64,000 nt of DNA from Dehalococcoidia bacterium (GCA_965261385.1 CBDHDB010000002.1:1850314-1914313); one strand, 5' to 3'. Shown: positions 18,691 through 27,579, numbered from the stretch's first letter. Numbers and translations: made by a program. Notes: generated by a model from the letters alone, not told the origin.

Positions 18691-18737
18691 GCTGCATCAT
18701 GTATAGCGAGGTGAACGGATTGGGAAAGTACATCGTC
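18691..18737 (+). repeat. conserved 5' leader, copy 2, of the tandem YCII-like genes
   Basis: See 18291-18338. The spacing between copies is 400 nt. Confidence 0.8.
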
Positions 18738-19064
18738 CTTTATCGCATGCCCCCCGGGGCTATGGAGGAGGCCATGAAAAACATGACCCCCGAGAACATG
18801 CAAAACGCTATGGCGCCGTGGATGGCGTGGATCGAGAAGTGCAGCGACCACCTCGTGGACGTAGGCGCGCCGATAACCGGCGGGCGGGCCGTCGCCCCCG
18901 CGGGCGTCTCGCCTACCGACGGGACGATCACGGGCTACTCGATGCTGGAAGCGGACGACTTGGACCAGGCGACAGCTTTGCTCGACGGCCATCCGCACCT
19001 AATGTGGCACGAGGGCGCTGAGCTCCAAGTCTACGAGTGCATACCTATGCCCATGCCGGAGTAA
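18699..19064 (+). CDS. YCII-related / dimeric alpha-beta-barrel-like small protein (paralogue 2)
   Basis: Paralogue of 18321-18656. Possible starts are ATG 18699 or in-frame TTG 18720. Confidence 0.65.
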   Translation: MYSEVNGLGKYIVLYRMPPGAMEEAMKNMTPENMQNAMAPWMAWIEKCSDHLVDVGAPITGGRAVAPAGVSPTDGTITGYSMLEADDLDQATALLDGHPHLMWHEGAELQVYECIPMPMPE

Positions 19065-19092
19065 GCTCCGCTTCCTCCGGCACGCCCCGGAA

Positions 19093-19118
19093 GACCTCCC
19101 CCGTCTGTGGGGGAGGTC
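19093..19118. terminator. GC-rich hairpin between convergent genes
   Basis: GACCTCCCCC-GTCTGT-GGGGGAGGTC is a 10-bp perfect stem. It lies between the stop at 19064 (+) and the stop at 19133 (-). Confidence 0.5.
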
Positions 19119-19132
19119 CGGAGAGGAACCCA

Positions 19133-20029
19133 CTAGCTGAGCTTTGCAATCACCTGTTCCCCAAAAACGGGAATCTGCTCGTCGATGATGTCGTTATGGA
19201 ACTGCACGTGGAAGGTGTCGACGCCCGCCTCCCGGCAACCCTCGATAATCTCCAGCACCTGGTCAGCTGTCCCGGCGAGCCCGCCTTGGTTTCCGAACAC
19301 TCCGGCCAGCTTGGTCGCAGGGTCCTCGTCGCCCACGTAGGCGTTGCAGTTGACGACCCGGTGAATCGTCCCCGCGTCGCGTCCTGCCGCGTCTGCGGCT
19401 TCCTCCAGCGTGTCCAGTTGCTGACGGTAGGCGTCGAGGTCGGCGGGCCAGCCGCCGTTGCGGATCCATCCGTCTGCGACGCGGCCGGTGAGGCGCAGCA
19501 TCCGAGGCTTCGCCGCGCCGATGAAGATGGGAATCGCCCCATCGGCCGGCTTGGGCGTCACCACCGCCCCGTCCACGCTGTACTGCTTGCCGGCGTAGCT
19601 GAAGCTCTCGTTGGCCCACGTGCCGCGCAGTATCTCGATGGCGTCGATCAGCCCGTCCACCAGCTCGCCGGGGGCGCCGAACTCGATGCCGTAAGTGGTG
19701 AAGTGGTTCTGCTGCGTGCCCGCCCCGAGGGTGAGGATGACCCGTCCGCCGCCCGTGATGGCGTCGAGGCCCGCCGCCATCTTTGAGAGCAGCGCCGGAT
19801 TGCGGAAGGGAACGTTCAGCGTAGAATGGGTCACGCGCAGCTTTTCGGTCTGCAGGGCGATGGCCGTGGCCAGCGTCCACCCTTCAATGTTGTTCTCAGG
19901 CGGGCGGTCGCTGAACGAGATGTTCTGGAACCCTGCCGCCTCCGCCGCTTTCGCCACCGTCACGATGCGGTCATATGGCAGTCCCCGGGGGTTGAGCCCA
20001 AACCGGACTGCGTTGTTGCTTCGCGTCAT
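19133..20029 (-). CDS. LLM-class (luciferase-like, probably F420-dependent) oxidoreductase
   Basis: VRFGLNP...AKAAEAAGFQNISFSDRP...LTLGAG pattern. Confidence 0.85.
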   Translation of the reverse strand: MTRSNNAVRFGLNPRGLPYDRIVTVAKAAEAAGFQNISFSDRPPENNIEGWTLATAIALQTEKLRVTHSTLNVPFRNPALLSKMAAGLDAITGGGRVILTLGAGTQQNHFTTYGIEFGAPGELVDGLIDAIEILRGTWANESFSYAGKQYSVDGAVVTPKPADGAIPIFIGAAKPRMLRLTGRVADGWIRNGGWPADLDAYRQQLDTLEEAADAAGRDAGTIHRVVNCNAYVGDEDPATKLAGVFGNQGGLAGTADQVLEIIEGCREAGVDTFHVQFHNDIIDEQIPVFGEQVIAKLS

Positions 20030-20121
20030 AGTCTCCTCCTAGGCCCTCTCGGGGCCATACGCGAGCATAGCAGCAGCCGGTGGGGGCGCCAACGACGGGC
20101 AAGAGGCGTTACCCTATAGGC

Positions 20122-20544
20122 ATGATTCGCGTCACCGACGACATACAGCTTGCCGAGCACGAGATAGAGATGACCTACGTCACCTCCTCCGGACCCGGCG
20201 GGCAGAACGTCAACCGAGTGGCGACCGCCGCCCATCTGCGCTTCGACGCGGCGGCGTCCCCCTCTCTCCCGGAAGACGTCAAGCGCCGTCTGCGGAGCAT
20301 TGCGGGCAAGCGCCTCAGCAGCGACGGCGTACTCATCATCAAGGCCCAACGCTTCCGCAGCCAGGACCGGAACCGCGACGACGCGATGGACCGCCTTATC
20401 AAGATGCTCGCGCGGGCGGAGCGCATCCCCCGCTCCCGCCGCCCTACGGCGCCCGGCAAACAGGCCATCGAGCGCCGCCTGGAAGAGAAGCGCCACCGGG
20501 CCCAGACCAAGCAGGCCAGAACCTCCGCCCTCGAAGAGGAGTAG
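20122..20544 (+). CDS. arfB: alternative ribosome-rescue factor ArfB (peptidyl-tRNA hydrolase)
   Basis: SSGPGGQNVNRVATAAHLRF GGQ motif plus a basic C-terminal tail. ATG is at 20122. Confidence 0.9.
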   Translation: MIRVTDDIQLAEHEIEMTYVTSSGPGGQNVNRVATAAHLRFDAAASPSLPEDVKRRLRSIAGKRLSSDGVLIIKAQRFRSQDRNRDDAMDRLIKMLARAERIPRSRRPTAPGKQAIERRLEEKRHRAQTKQARTSALEEE

Positions 20545-20589
20545 GGAGTCAACAGCCCCCGCGGGTATGGATCTATCGCAGCGGGTGGC

Positions 20590-20889
20590 TCACTCTGGCC
20601 ATGCGGCCTCACCAGCCCAGTCATCGAACTCGTCAGGCGGAGCCGAGCCGTACGCCGCTTCATACGCCCGGTCGATCTCAGACGCCCAGTCCTCCAACTC
20701 GTCGGGAGGCATGACCGGACCGTACGCGACAGCGTACACCCGGTCGATCTCCTCAGCCTCTTTTCGCGCCAGGTAGTCGGCAACCGCTTCTCGGAGCACT
20801 GCCGAGCGTCCGCGCGTCCGCACCTCCGGGTAGCTGTCCAACCGACGCAGCAACCCCCCTTCCATCGTTACTCGTACAGCCTTCATCAC
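20590..20889 (-). CDS. ribbon-helix-helix (CopG-like) protein with duplicated acidic C-terminal module
   Basis: MKAVRVTMEGGLLRRLD...RSAVLREAVADYL is an RHH. It is followed by two copies of EIDR.Y..AYG....PDE.(E/D)DWA. Confidence 0.7.
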   Translation of the reverse strand: MMKAVRVTMEGGLLRRLDSYPEVRTRGRSAVLREAVADYLARKEAEEIDRVYAVAYGPVMPPDELEDWASEIDRAYEAAYGSAPPDEFDDWAGEAAWPE

Positions 20890-21156
20890 GGGGGTGAACG
20901 TACCACACTACCCCCTCTAACTCTCCCCCGCAGACGAGACCCTTGCATGGCCCACGGTCCCAATCATATGAAGGGGAGCGCAGAGGGGTGACGCCCTTCT
21001 GCCAGGGCATGGGGTTATCCCACACAACATCACGGGCCAGGGGGCCTCCCCTTCCCGTCTGGTCTGTCTCCTCGCCCATCTGCGGGAGAGGGTAGGGAGA
21101 GGTCAGGCGAGGCGCTACAATGCCGGCCGACAGCACCTACCCTCAGGAGCAACCCG

Positions 21157-22335
21157 ATGCCTAGACTCGAAGAACTCTCGGACGTCGCCCAGCAAGGACA
21201 CTTGAACTTCCCCGCGTTCGACCACGACGATTCACCCTGCGCCACGCTCGCCAAACCCCTCGCCGAGGTCAAGCTCGCCCTCGTCACGACCGCCGGGCTC
21301 CATCGGCGCGATGACGCTCCCTTCGCCGGCGGCGACCAGACCTACCGCGTAATTCCGTCCTCGACGCCAGCGCGCGACATTATCCAGAACCACACCAGCA
21401 TCGGTTTCGACCGCACCGCGTTCATGCGCGACATCAACATCACTTTCCCCATCGACCGGGCCCGCGAGCTTGTCGAGCGCGGGGAAATCGGCTCACTGTC
21501 GGAGCACTTCTACTCGTTCATGGGCGCCCAGCGCAGCCCTCGCCAGATCGAGCAAGAGACCGGCCCTGAGGTCGGACGCCTGCTACTCGACGAGGGCGCC
21601 GACGCCGTCTTCCTGACTCCGACCTGACCGAACTGCACGCACACGGTCAGTGTGCTGGCGCGCGCAATTGAAGAGACGGGCCTTCCGACCGTAACGATTG
21701 CGCTCATCCAGGAGCACGCCCAGCGGGTCAAGCCTCCTCGGGCGCTCTGGGTCCCGTTCCCCTTCGGGTTCGCCCTCGGCAAGCCCAACGACCCCGAGTT
21801 CCAGCACAAGGTGCTCGGTGCGGCCCTCGGCCTGCTCCGCGAAAAAGACACGCCGGTGCTGGCCGAGTTCCCCGAGGACGGCGACGCGCCCCCGCGCCTT
21901 CTCCAAGCCGGAGAGGCCCGAGTGGACGCGACCGCCCCGGATGCCGACCCCGCCGACGAGGTGACAGCCCTTCGCGGATGCTACGAGCGTTGGGCAGAAG
22001 AGAGCGGGGGGCGGACCATGGTCGGCTTGAGCGGCGTGCCCCAACGCCGGTTCCGGGGCCTCATCCGCTATATGCAATCATTCGCCGAGGGAGAAGACGC
22101 CCCCTACGAGCTCAAACCCGCGGACCTCGACGCCGGCCGCTTCCTGCGGCTCGCGTCGGACGACATCAAGGCGTTCTACATGGAGGCGCGCTTCTGCCAG
22201 CGCCCCGAGCAACAACACAACGACCTCCAGCACTGGTTCTGGTCCGAGACCGCGATGGGCGGCCTCCTCCACGCCGTCGCCGCAAGGCTGACCGAGCAGG
22301 GCGACGAGCGGAACGCTCAGGGGATCGCGCGCTAA
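21157..22335 (+). CDS. GrdB/PrdB-family reductase-like selenoprotein (in-frame UGA = Sec at codon 157)
   Basis: ORFs 21157-21627 and 21652-22335 share one frame, separated only by TGA 21625-21627. The read-through gives ...DAVFLTPT-U-PNCTHTVSVLARAIEETGLPTVTI..., resembling the GrdB T-U-x-x-C-T region. The N-terminus (VKLALVTTAGLH...D.N..FPIDRARELVERGEIGSL...YSFMG) is GRDB-family-like. The second ORF has no credible start of its own. Confidence 0.75.
21639..21655 (+). promoter_or_regulatory. candidate bacterial SECIS hairpin
   Basis: GCACAC-GGUCA-GUGUGC is a 6-bp perfect stem with a GGU-containing loop. It starts 12 nt after the UGA and extends with bulges. Confidence 0.55.
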
Positions 22336-22375
22336 CGGCTAGCGCGTCCGTGGTTGCCCGCAGGCGGGCTAGGGA

Positions 22376-23680
22376 TTATCCGTTGCCACCATCCGCAGGA
22401 GAGGACTGAGGCGGCTTAGGCGGCCTTGCGACCAGCATCATCAGCGCCGACAGGATGAACGCGCCCGCAAAGATCGTGAACGCAACGTTGTAGCTGCCTG
22501 ATATGTCCTTGATGGCCCCCGCCGCCAAGGGGCCAACGGGGTTGATAAACGCCGTCATCAGGCCCATCTGCCCCCGGATCGCGCCGACCGACTGCCGCCC
22601 GAAGTAGTTGGGCACGATGATGCGCTGACTCACCGTCCACCCCCCTTGGGCGACGCCGAAGGTGAGCCCGAACAGCACCGATCCAGCGAACGACTCGGCG
22701 TTCACGATGATGACCATCGACAAGAAATAGATGAGCGCGACCACCGCGATGACGTGCCGGACGTGGACGCGGTCCATCACCCAACCCCAGGGTGCTGTCG
22801 TGACCGCCGAAGTCATGGCGAACGTGAATACAATCAGCACCGAGCTCTCGAACGTCACCCCGCGCGACTGGAAGTGGGGGACGGCGTGAAGGTTCGTGGC
22901 CGTCTGGCCGAAGAACATCACCGACGTGGTCAGGAGGACGAGCCAGAAGGCCATCGTCTTCCGGGCCTGGGTTGCGGTCCACGCAAACTCGCGGGACGCG
23001 GCGGCGCGCTCTTCCGCTCGGCCGTCGTCCGGCGCGTCCCCGTCGGGGAGCATCCCGTAGTCCTCGGGTCGCCGCCGCAGGTACACGAGCGCCGGAACGG
23101 TGATGAGCAGGATGGCGGAGATTGCGAGGAGTCCGTAGGCCCAGCGCCAGCTCAGCAGCACGATGATTGGCAGGACCGCAAGGGGGACCAGCGCCTGGCC
23201 GAACCGAAGCCCGAACCCGGCGAAGGACGTCGCCTTCCCCCGCTTGCGGACGAACCAGTTGGCGATGGCGACCGTCGTCCCCAACTGAACGCCCGCGATG
23301 GCGAAGCCGCGCCCCACCCCGAAGAATATCCACATCTGCCACGGGGTCTGCATGAGCGCCAAGCCGACCATCGCGCCCGCCAGCGCCATCCCGGAGAGGG
23401 CCGTAACGGTGCGCGTGCCGTAGCGGTCCATCACCTTGCCCACCACGGCAGTGAGGACCGACCCCGCGAAGCTGCCGATGGTGAAGGCGGCGGCCACCTC
23501 CCACGCCTTCCAGCCAGTCTCCTCGCGGATTGGCTCGAACCAGACGCTCAGGACGGGCCCGTAGAAGATGGACGACGCAAAGGAAACAACCAGCGCTGTC
23601 CCGGCTATCGCCCAGCCGTAGTAGGCGTCGAACGGCCACAGAAAGCCCGCTGGGTTGCGGACTCCCTGCGGGCTGCTCAT
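22376..23680 (-). CDS. MFS transporter
   Basis: 434-aa multi-TM ORF. Its start abuts the stop of the upstream amidohydrolase (23681). Confidence 0.85.
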   Translation of the reverse strand: MSSPQGVRNPAGFLWPFDAYYGWAIAGTALVVSFASSIFYGPVLSVWFEPIREETGWKAWEVAAAFTIGSFAGSVLTAVVGKVMDRYGTRTVTALSGMALAGAMVGLALMQTPWQMWIFFGVGRGFAIAGVQLGTTVAIANWFVRKRGKATSFAGFGLRFGQALVPLAVLPIIVLLSWRWAYGLLAISAILLITVPALVYLRRRPEDYGMLPDGDAPDDGRAEERAAASREFAWTATQARKTMAFWLVLLTTSVMFFGQTATNLHAVPHFQSRGVTFESSVLIVFTFAMTSAVTTAPWGWVMDRVHVRHVIAVVALIYFLSMVIIVNAESFAGSVLFGLTFGVAQGGWTVSQRIIVPNYFGRQSVGAIRGQMGLMTAFINPVGPLAAGAIKDISGSYNVAFTIFAGAFILSALMMLVARPPKPPQSSPADGGNG

Positions 23681-24841
23681 CTAGTTCCTGGCCGGGAGGT
23701 GGAAGTAGTCGACCGCGTTCTGGACGATCATCTTGTAGACCTCGTCCTCCGGAACGCCTGTGAAATTGTGCTCCATGACCTCGTCCGAGTCAGGCCAGTC
23801 CGATTCCTGGTGCGGGAAGTCAGCCGCCCATACGAGATGGTCCACGTTCAGGTGATGGCGGAGGTCGACTCCGCTGCGGTCCTGTTGGAAGCCCCAGTAG
23901 AAGTACTCGTTGAGCAGCTCGCTGGGCATCGCCTTCAGCGGCGTAAAGCCGTTCATATGCTCCGCCCAGTAGATGTGGCGGTTATACCGCACGTCCGCGA
24001 TCTCCAAGAAGAAGGGCACCCACCCAATCGACGTCTCGGCAAGCATGACGCGGAGGTCGGGGAAACGGTCGAACACCCCGGAGAGCAGGAGCTGCACCGC
24101 GTTCGTCCCCGCCCCGCGCGTCGCGAACCGCTGCACTTGGAATGCCAGCTCCGTCGTCAGACGACTGTCCTGCTTGGGGTAGTCGAGCAGCTTGCCCTGC
24201 ACGCCCGTCTTGGCAAGCTCGACGTGGATCGAGACAGGCATCTGCAGGTCCAGCGACGCCGCCCAGAACCGGTCGTCCTCGGGAAGCGGCTTGCCCCCGC
24301 CGTTCGGGAACGCCAGCAACTGCACGCCGGTGAGGCCGGCCTCCTTGCAGAACTCGATCTCGGCGACGGCGTCGTCGACGCCGGTGGGCGGTATCGCGCC
24401 GATGCCGAAGAGCCGGTCCGGCGCCTCGGCGCAGTACTCCTCGCCCACCCATGCGTTCCACCCTCTGAAGATGGCGCGCTGGAGATCTTCGTCCTGCGCC
24501 TTCATCCACAGACGGGGACCGACCACCACCGCGGGATAGAGGATCTCAGCGTCGAGGCCGTCCTTGTCCTGCTCCTGGACGCGTTGCTGGGACGAGCCAG
24601 TGCCCGGCGTCAGCTCGTACGTCTGGCCACCGGGGTACCAGATGTCGCGGCCCTTACCGCCGTACAGGTCCATCGGGTTCTGCGCGGGCGGCAGGTCTTC
24701 CAACTGACTCGCGTCGGCGCCCGTTTCGAGCTTGACCGTCTTGGGGGCGCGGTCACGGAACTTGGGGTCGATGCGGTGCGTCCAGCGCTCATTGGCGACT
24801 TCGAGATGCGAGTCGCCGGATATGCGGGTGTAAGGCGCCAT
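23681..24841 (-). CDS. Amidohydrolase_2 family protein
   Basis: ISGDSHLE near the N-terminus and WAADFPHQESDWP near the C-terminus. Confidence 0.85.
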   Translation of the reverse strand: MAPYTRISGDSHLEVANERWTHRIDPKFRDRAPKTVKLETGADASQLEDLPPAQNPMDLYGGKGRDIWYPGGQTYELTPGTGSSQQRVQEQDKDGLDAEILYPAVVVGPRLWMKAQDEDLQRAIFRGWNAWVGEEYCAEAPDRLFGIGAIPPTGVDDAVAEIEFCKEAGLTGVQLLAFPNGGGKPLPEDDRFWAASLDLQMPVSIHVELAKTGVQGKLLDYPKQDSRLTTELAFQVQRFATRGAGTNAVQLLLSGVFDRFPDLRVMLAETSIGWVPFFLEIADVRYNRHIYWAEHMNGFTPLKAMPSELLNEYFYWGFQQDRSGVDLRHHLNVDHLVWAADFPHQESDWPDSDEVMEHNFTGVPEDEVYKMIVQNAVDYFHLPARN

Positions 24842-25023
24842 ACGAGTAACCTCCGGGCCCGCATCGTCTACGGTGGGAAGCAGCGGCGGGCTATGTGACG
24901 GTAGTATCGCCTCACAGCCTTGTCAACGCGAGAGAGGTTGTCAGGTTGTCCTAGCGGCAGACGCCCTCCTATCATGGATGCCGCCTGCTACGGTGGGCTC
25001 CACCACGAGGACAAAGGAACTGC

Positions 25024-25473
25024 ATGGACTTCCACTACACCTATCGAGTAAAGGCCGCCCCCGGAGAGCTATGGGCATTCGTCACCGACATCCCCACCGT
25101 GGGCATGTGCATCCCCGGCGCCGAGGACGTAGCGGCCAACGACGACGGCACGTACTCCGGCACGGTCAAAGTGCGCGTCGGCCCTGTCGCCCTCGGCCTC
25201 GCCGGGAAGCTCTCCGTCGAGTCGCGCGACGACGGCGCCCGACGCATCTCCATGACCGGCGAAGGAGCCGACCGCAAGGTGCCGGGCAACGTCCGTGTGA
25301 AGATTGAAATGGCGGTCGAAGACGCCGGGGACGGGGCCAGCGACCTCGTCGTCGACTCCGACGCCAACATCATGGGCAAGCTCGGGGAATTCGGCCAAGG
25401 CATCATCAAGCGCAAGGCCGACGGCATCATGAAAGACTTCGGCCAGAACCTCGCCAAACGAGTGGAGTCGTAG
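25024..25473 (+). CDS. SRPBCC/CoxG family protein
   Basis: VGPVALGLAGKLSV...GKLGEFGQGIIKRKADGIMKDFGQNL is the typical CoxG pattern. Confidence 0.8.
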   Translation: MDFHYTYRVKAAPGELWAFVTDIPTVGMCIPGAEDVAANDDGTYSGTVKVRVGPVALGLAGKLSVESRDDGARRISMTGEGADRKVPGNVRVKIEMAVEDAGDGASDLVVDSDANIMGKLGEFGQGIIKRKADGIMKDFGQNLAKRVES

Positions 25474-25496
25474 CTCGTAGCTACGTCCCGCTGACT

Positions 25497-25847
25497 CTAA
25501 TCGTCCCGGTCGACGTACCCGTAGAAGGACGACACGAGCGTCACTGACTGGCGCACCCAACGGCCAGCGAGCTCGCCTTCCGCGACGGGGTCGCTGCCGG
25601 ATGCGGCGCGGTAGGCGTTGCGGGCGGTGTACGCGACCTCCGACAGCCGGCCAGTCTTCACCATGCGGCTCAGCTGATAGCCGACGCCGAACGCCAGCCC
25701 CGTCATCGCGGCGCGCCGGGCCATTGGGGAACCGGACAGCTTGACAAGCGCCCTCAGGCCAAATCGCACAGGCGAACGGCCCACGGCTCTCAGGAGCGGC
25801 TGCTGCGCCGGAACGAGCGCTTGCGATTCAGTAGCCATCGACATCAA
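25497..25847 (-). CDS. hypothetical protein
   Basis: 116-aa ORF co-directional with orn and directly downstream of it. I recognised no motif. Confidence 0.45.
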   Translation of the reverse strand: MMSMATESQALVPAQQPLLRAVGRSPVRFGLRALVKLSGSPMARRAAMTGLAFGVGYQLSRMVKTGRLSEVAYTARNAYRAASGSDPVAEGELAGRWVRQSVTLVSSFYGYVDRDD

Positions 25848-25865
25848 GTCTACCCAATCACGGGT

Positions 25866-26414
25866 CTACTCACTACGCGCCACGAACACGCGCTCCCGGT
25901 AGAACCGCAGTTCCTCGATGCTCTCGCGGATGTCGTCCAGCGCCCGGTGCGCCCCCTTCTTCACGGGGGCTCGCAGGCCCGGGTACCAGCGCCGCACCAG
26001 CTCCTTCACCGAGCTCACGTCCACTATGCGGTAGTGCAGGTACGCCTCAAGCGTCTTCATTTCCTTCATCAGGAAGAGCCGGTCTTGGTGGACCGAGTTG
26101 CCGCATAGCGGGGCCTCCCGGGGGCCCACCCATTCCTTCACGAAATCGAGCGTCCGCCGTTCCGCCTCCGCTACGTCGACCGTCGACGCCCCTACCCGCT
26201 CCAACAACCCCGACCCCGTGTGCGTCTTCAGGCTCCACTCGTCGATGCGCTCCATCTCCTCCCGGCTCCGGGCGACCGGAATCACCGGCCCCTCGGCGAG
26301 GACGTTCAGGTCGCCGTCGGTGACCAGCGTCGCGATCTCGATGACGACGTGGCGCTCCGGGTCGAGACCCGTCATCTCCATGTCAATCCAAACGAGACGT
26401 CCTGAGTTAGCCAC
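25866..26414 (-). CDS. orn: oligoribonuclease
   Basis: [14 protein letters not shown]...[12 protein letters not shown]...[11 protein letters not shown] DEDDh exonuclease motifs. GTG 26414 overlaps the rluB-like stop by 8 nt. The track start 26528 would run into the repeat tail. Confidence 0.85.
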   Translation of the reverse strand: MANSGRLVWIDMEMTGLDPERHVVIEIATLVTDGDLNVLAEGPVIPVARSREEMERIDEWSLKTHTGSGLLERVGASTVDVAEAERRTLDFVKEWVGPREAPLCGNSVHQDRLFLMKEMKTLEAYLHYRIVDVSSVKELVRRWYPGLRAPVKKGAHRALDDIRESIEELRFYRERVFVARSE

Positions 26415-27579
26415 GCGGCCCCCTCTTGGCAGGAGGGCGGCTCGCAGGGGGACGCCCCGCGGGCGGGCGACTCGCAGGCGGGCGACTCGCGGCGGGACGA
26501 CTCGCAGGCGGGCGACTCGCGGGAGCACGGCTCGCGGGAGGACGCCCCGCAGCGGGACTGCTCGCGGGAGGACGCCCCGCGGGAGGACGCCCCGCAGCGG
26601 GACGGCTCGTGGGAGGACGGCTCGCAGGAGGACGCCCCGCAGCGGGACGGCTCGTGGGAGGACGGCTCGCAGGAGGACGCCCCGCAGCGGGACGGCTCGT
26701 GGGAGGACGGCTCGCAGGAGGGCCGCTCGCAGCAGGGCGACTCGCGGGAGGGAGCCCCGCGGGAGGGCGACCCGCAGGGGAGCGACTCGTGGGAGGACGG
26801 CCTGATCCTGGACGCTGCCGGCCCGCCTCGGCCGGAGCCTCGCCGCTGATTATGCGCATCGCCTCGCTCTCGGTGAGCCGCCGAACGGAGCCCGGTGACA
26901 GCGCCCCGAGCCGCAGTCCACCGATGCGGACCCGTGTCAGCCGGAGGACGCTGCGGCCAAGTCCCGCCATCATCAAACGCACCTCCCGCTTCTTACCCTC
27001 CACGAGCACAACGCGATAGCGCGCCTCCGTCCCCTTGAACGACTCGACTGCGACCGCAGCAGCGATGCCCCCCTCGATCTCGATGCCAGACAACAAGCGC
27101 CGCTGCTCGCCCGCCGACAGAGTCCGGTCCACGAGCACGTCGTATTCCTTCTCGACGCCGTAACGCGGATGGGTCACGCGATTGACGAGCGCCCCGTCGT
27201 TGGTCAGCAACAGAAGGCCGGCGCTGTACAGGTCGAGCCGGCCGGCGGGGACGAGCCCGGTAACGCGGAGCGCCGGGGGCACGAGGTCCAACACGGTCGG
27301 CCTCCCTCGCGCGTCGGTCACTGCCGACAGATAGCCTCGGGGCTTGTTCAAGACCAGATAGACGCGCCGGTCATCGGCCTGTCCGACCGTGGCTCCATTC
27401 ACCTGCACCGAGTCGCCCGGCGCCACGAGACGGTTCAGGTCCAATGCCTGCTTGCCGTTCACCGAGACGACGCCCTGCATGATCAGCGCTGCCGACCGGC
27501 GGCGCGAGCCGACTCCCGCCGCTACGAGTTGCTTGACCAAGGGCTTGGCGCCGGTCTTGGGATTTGGGAGGATGGCCAC
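26407..27579 (-). CDS. rluB: RluB/RsuA-family pseudouridine synthase with long C-terminal pentapeptide-repeat tail
   Basis: S4 domain ([18 protein letters not shown]) and catalytic [17 protein letters not shown]. The GTG 27579 start is uncertain. The upstream part of track ORF 26407-28281 is antisense to gene 27761-28549. Confidence 0.8.
   Translation of the reverse strand: MAILPNPKTGAKPLVKQLVAAGVGSRRRSAALIMQGVVSVNGKQALDLNRLVAPGDSVQVNGATVGQADDRRVYLVLNKPRGYLSAVTDARGRPTVLDLVPPALRVTGLVPAGRLDLYSAGLLLLTNDGALVNRVTHPRYGVEKEYDVLVDRTLSAGEQRRLLSGIEIEGGIAAAVAVESFKGTEARYRVVLVEGKKREVRLMMAGLGRSVLRLTRVRIGGLRLGALSPGSVRRLTESEAMRIISGEAPAEAGRQRPGSGRPPTSRSPAGRPPAGLPPASRPAASGPPASRPPTSRPAAGRPPASRPPTSRPAAGRPPASRPPTSRPAAGRPPAGRPPASSPAAGRPPASRAPASRPPASRPAASRPPASRPPAGRPPASRPPAKRGPRG
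26428..26802 (-). repeat. 15-nt (pentapeptide) tandem repeat array, including three perfect 45-bp units at 26582-26716
   Basis: It encodes about 25 units of (G/S)-R-P-(P/A)-(A/T). The unit GGAGGACGCCCCGCAGCGGGACGGCTCGTGGGAGGACGGCTCGCA occurs three times without mismatch. Confidence 0.9.

Noticed and set aside
22646-24898. 750-aa plus-strand ORF, the longest in the window
   Set aside because: It is entirely antisense to two well-supported genes (MFS 22376-23680 and amidohydrolase 23681-24841). The translation is R/H/E/G-rich with no motif. Long antisense ORFs are expected at about 68% G+C.
26428-26802. Possible CRISPR array, because of perfect 45-bp tandem repeats
   Set aside because: The repeats are directly adjacent with no spacers. 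They have 15-nt sub-periodicity, lie in frame within a CDS, and no cas genes are nearby.
26098-27019. Plus-strand ORFs encoding RGRT/ARRR and GGRLAGGR repeats
   Set aside because: These are alternative-frame or antisense readings of the rluB-tail 15-nt repeats and the orn gene. The minus-strand reading joins onto a bona fide pseudouridine synthase domain.
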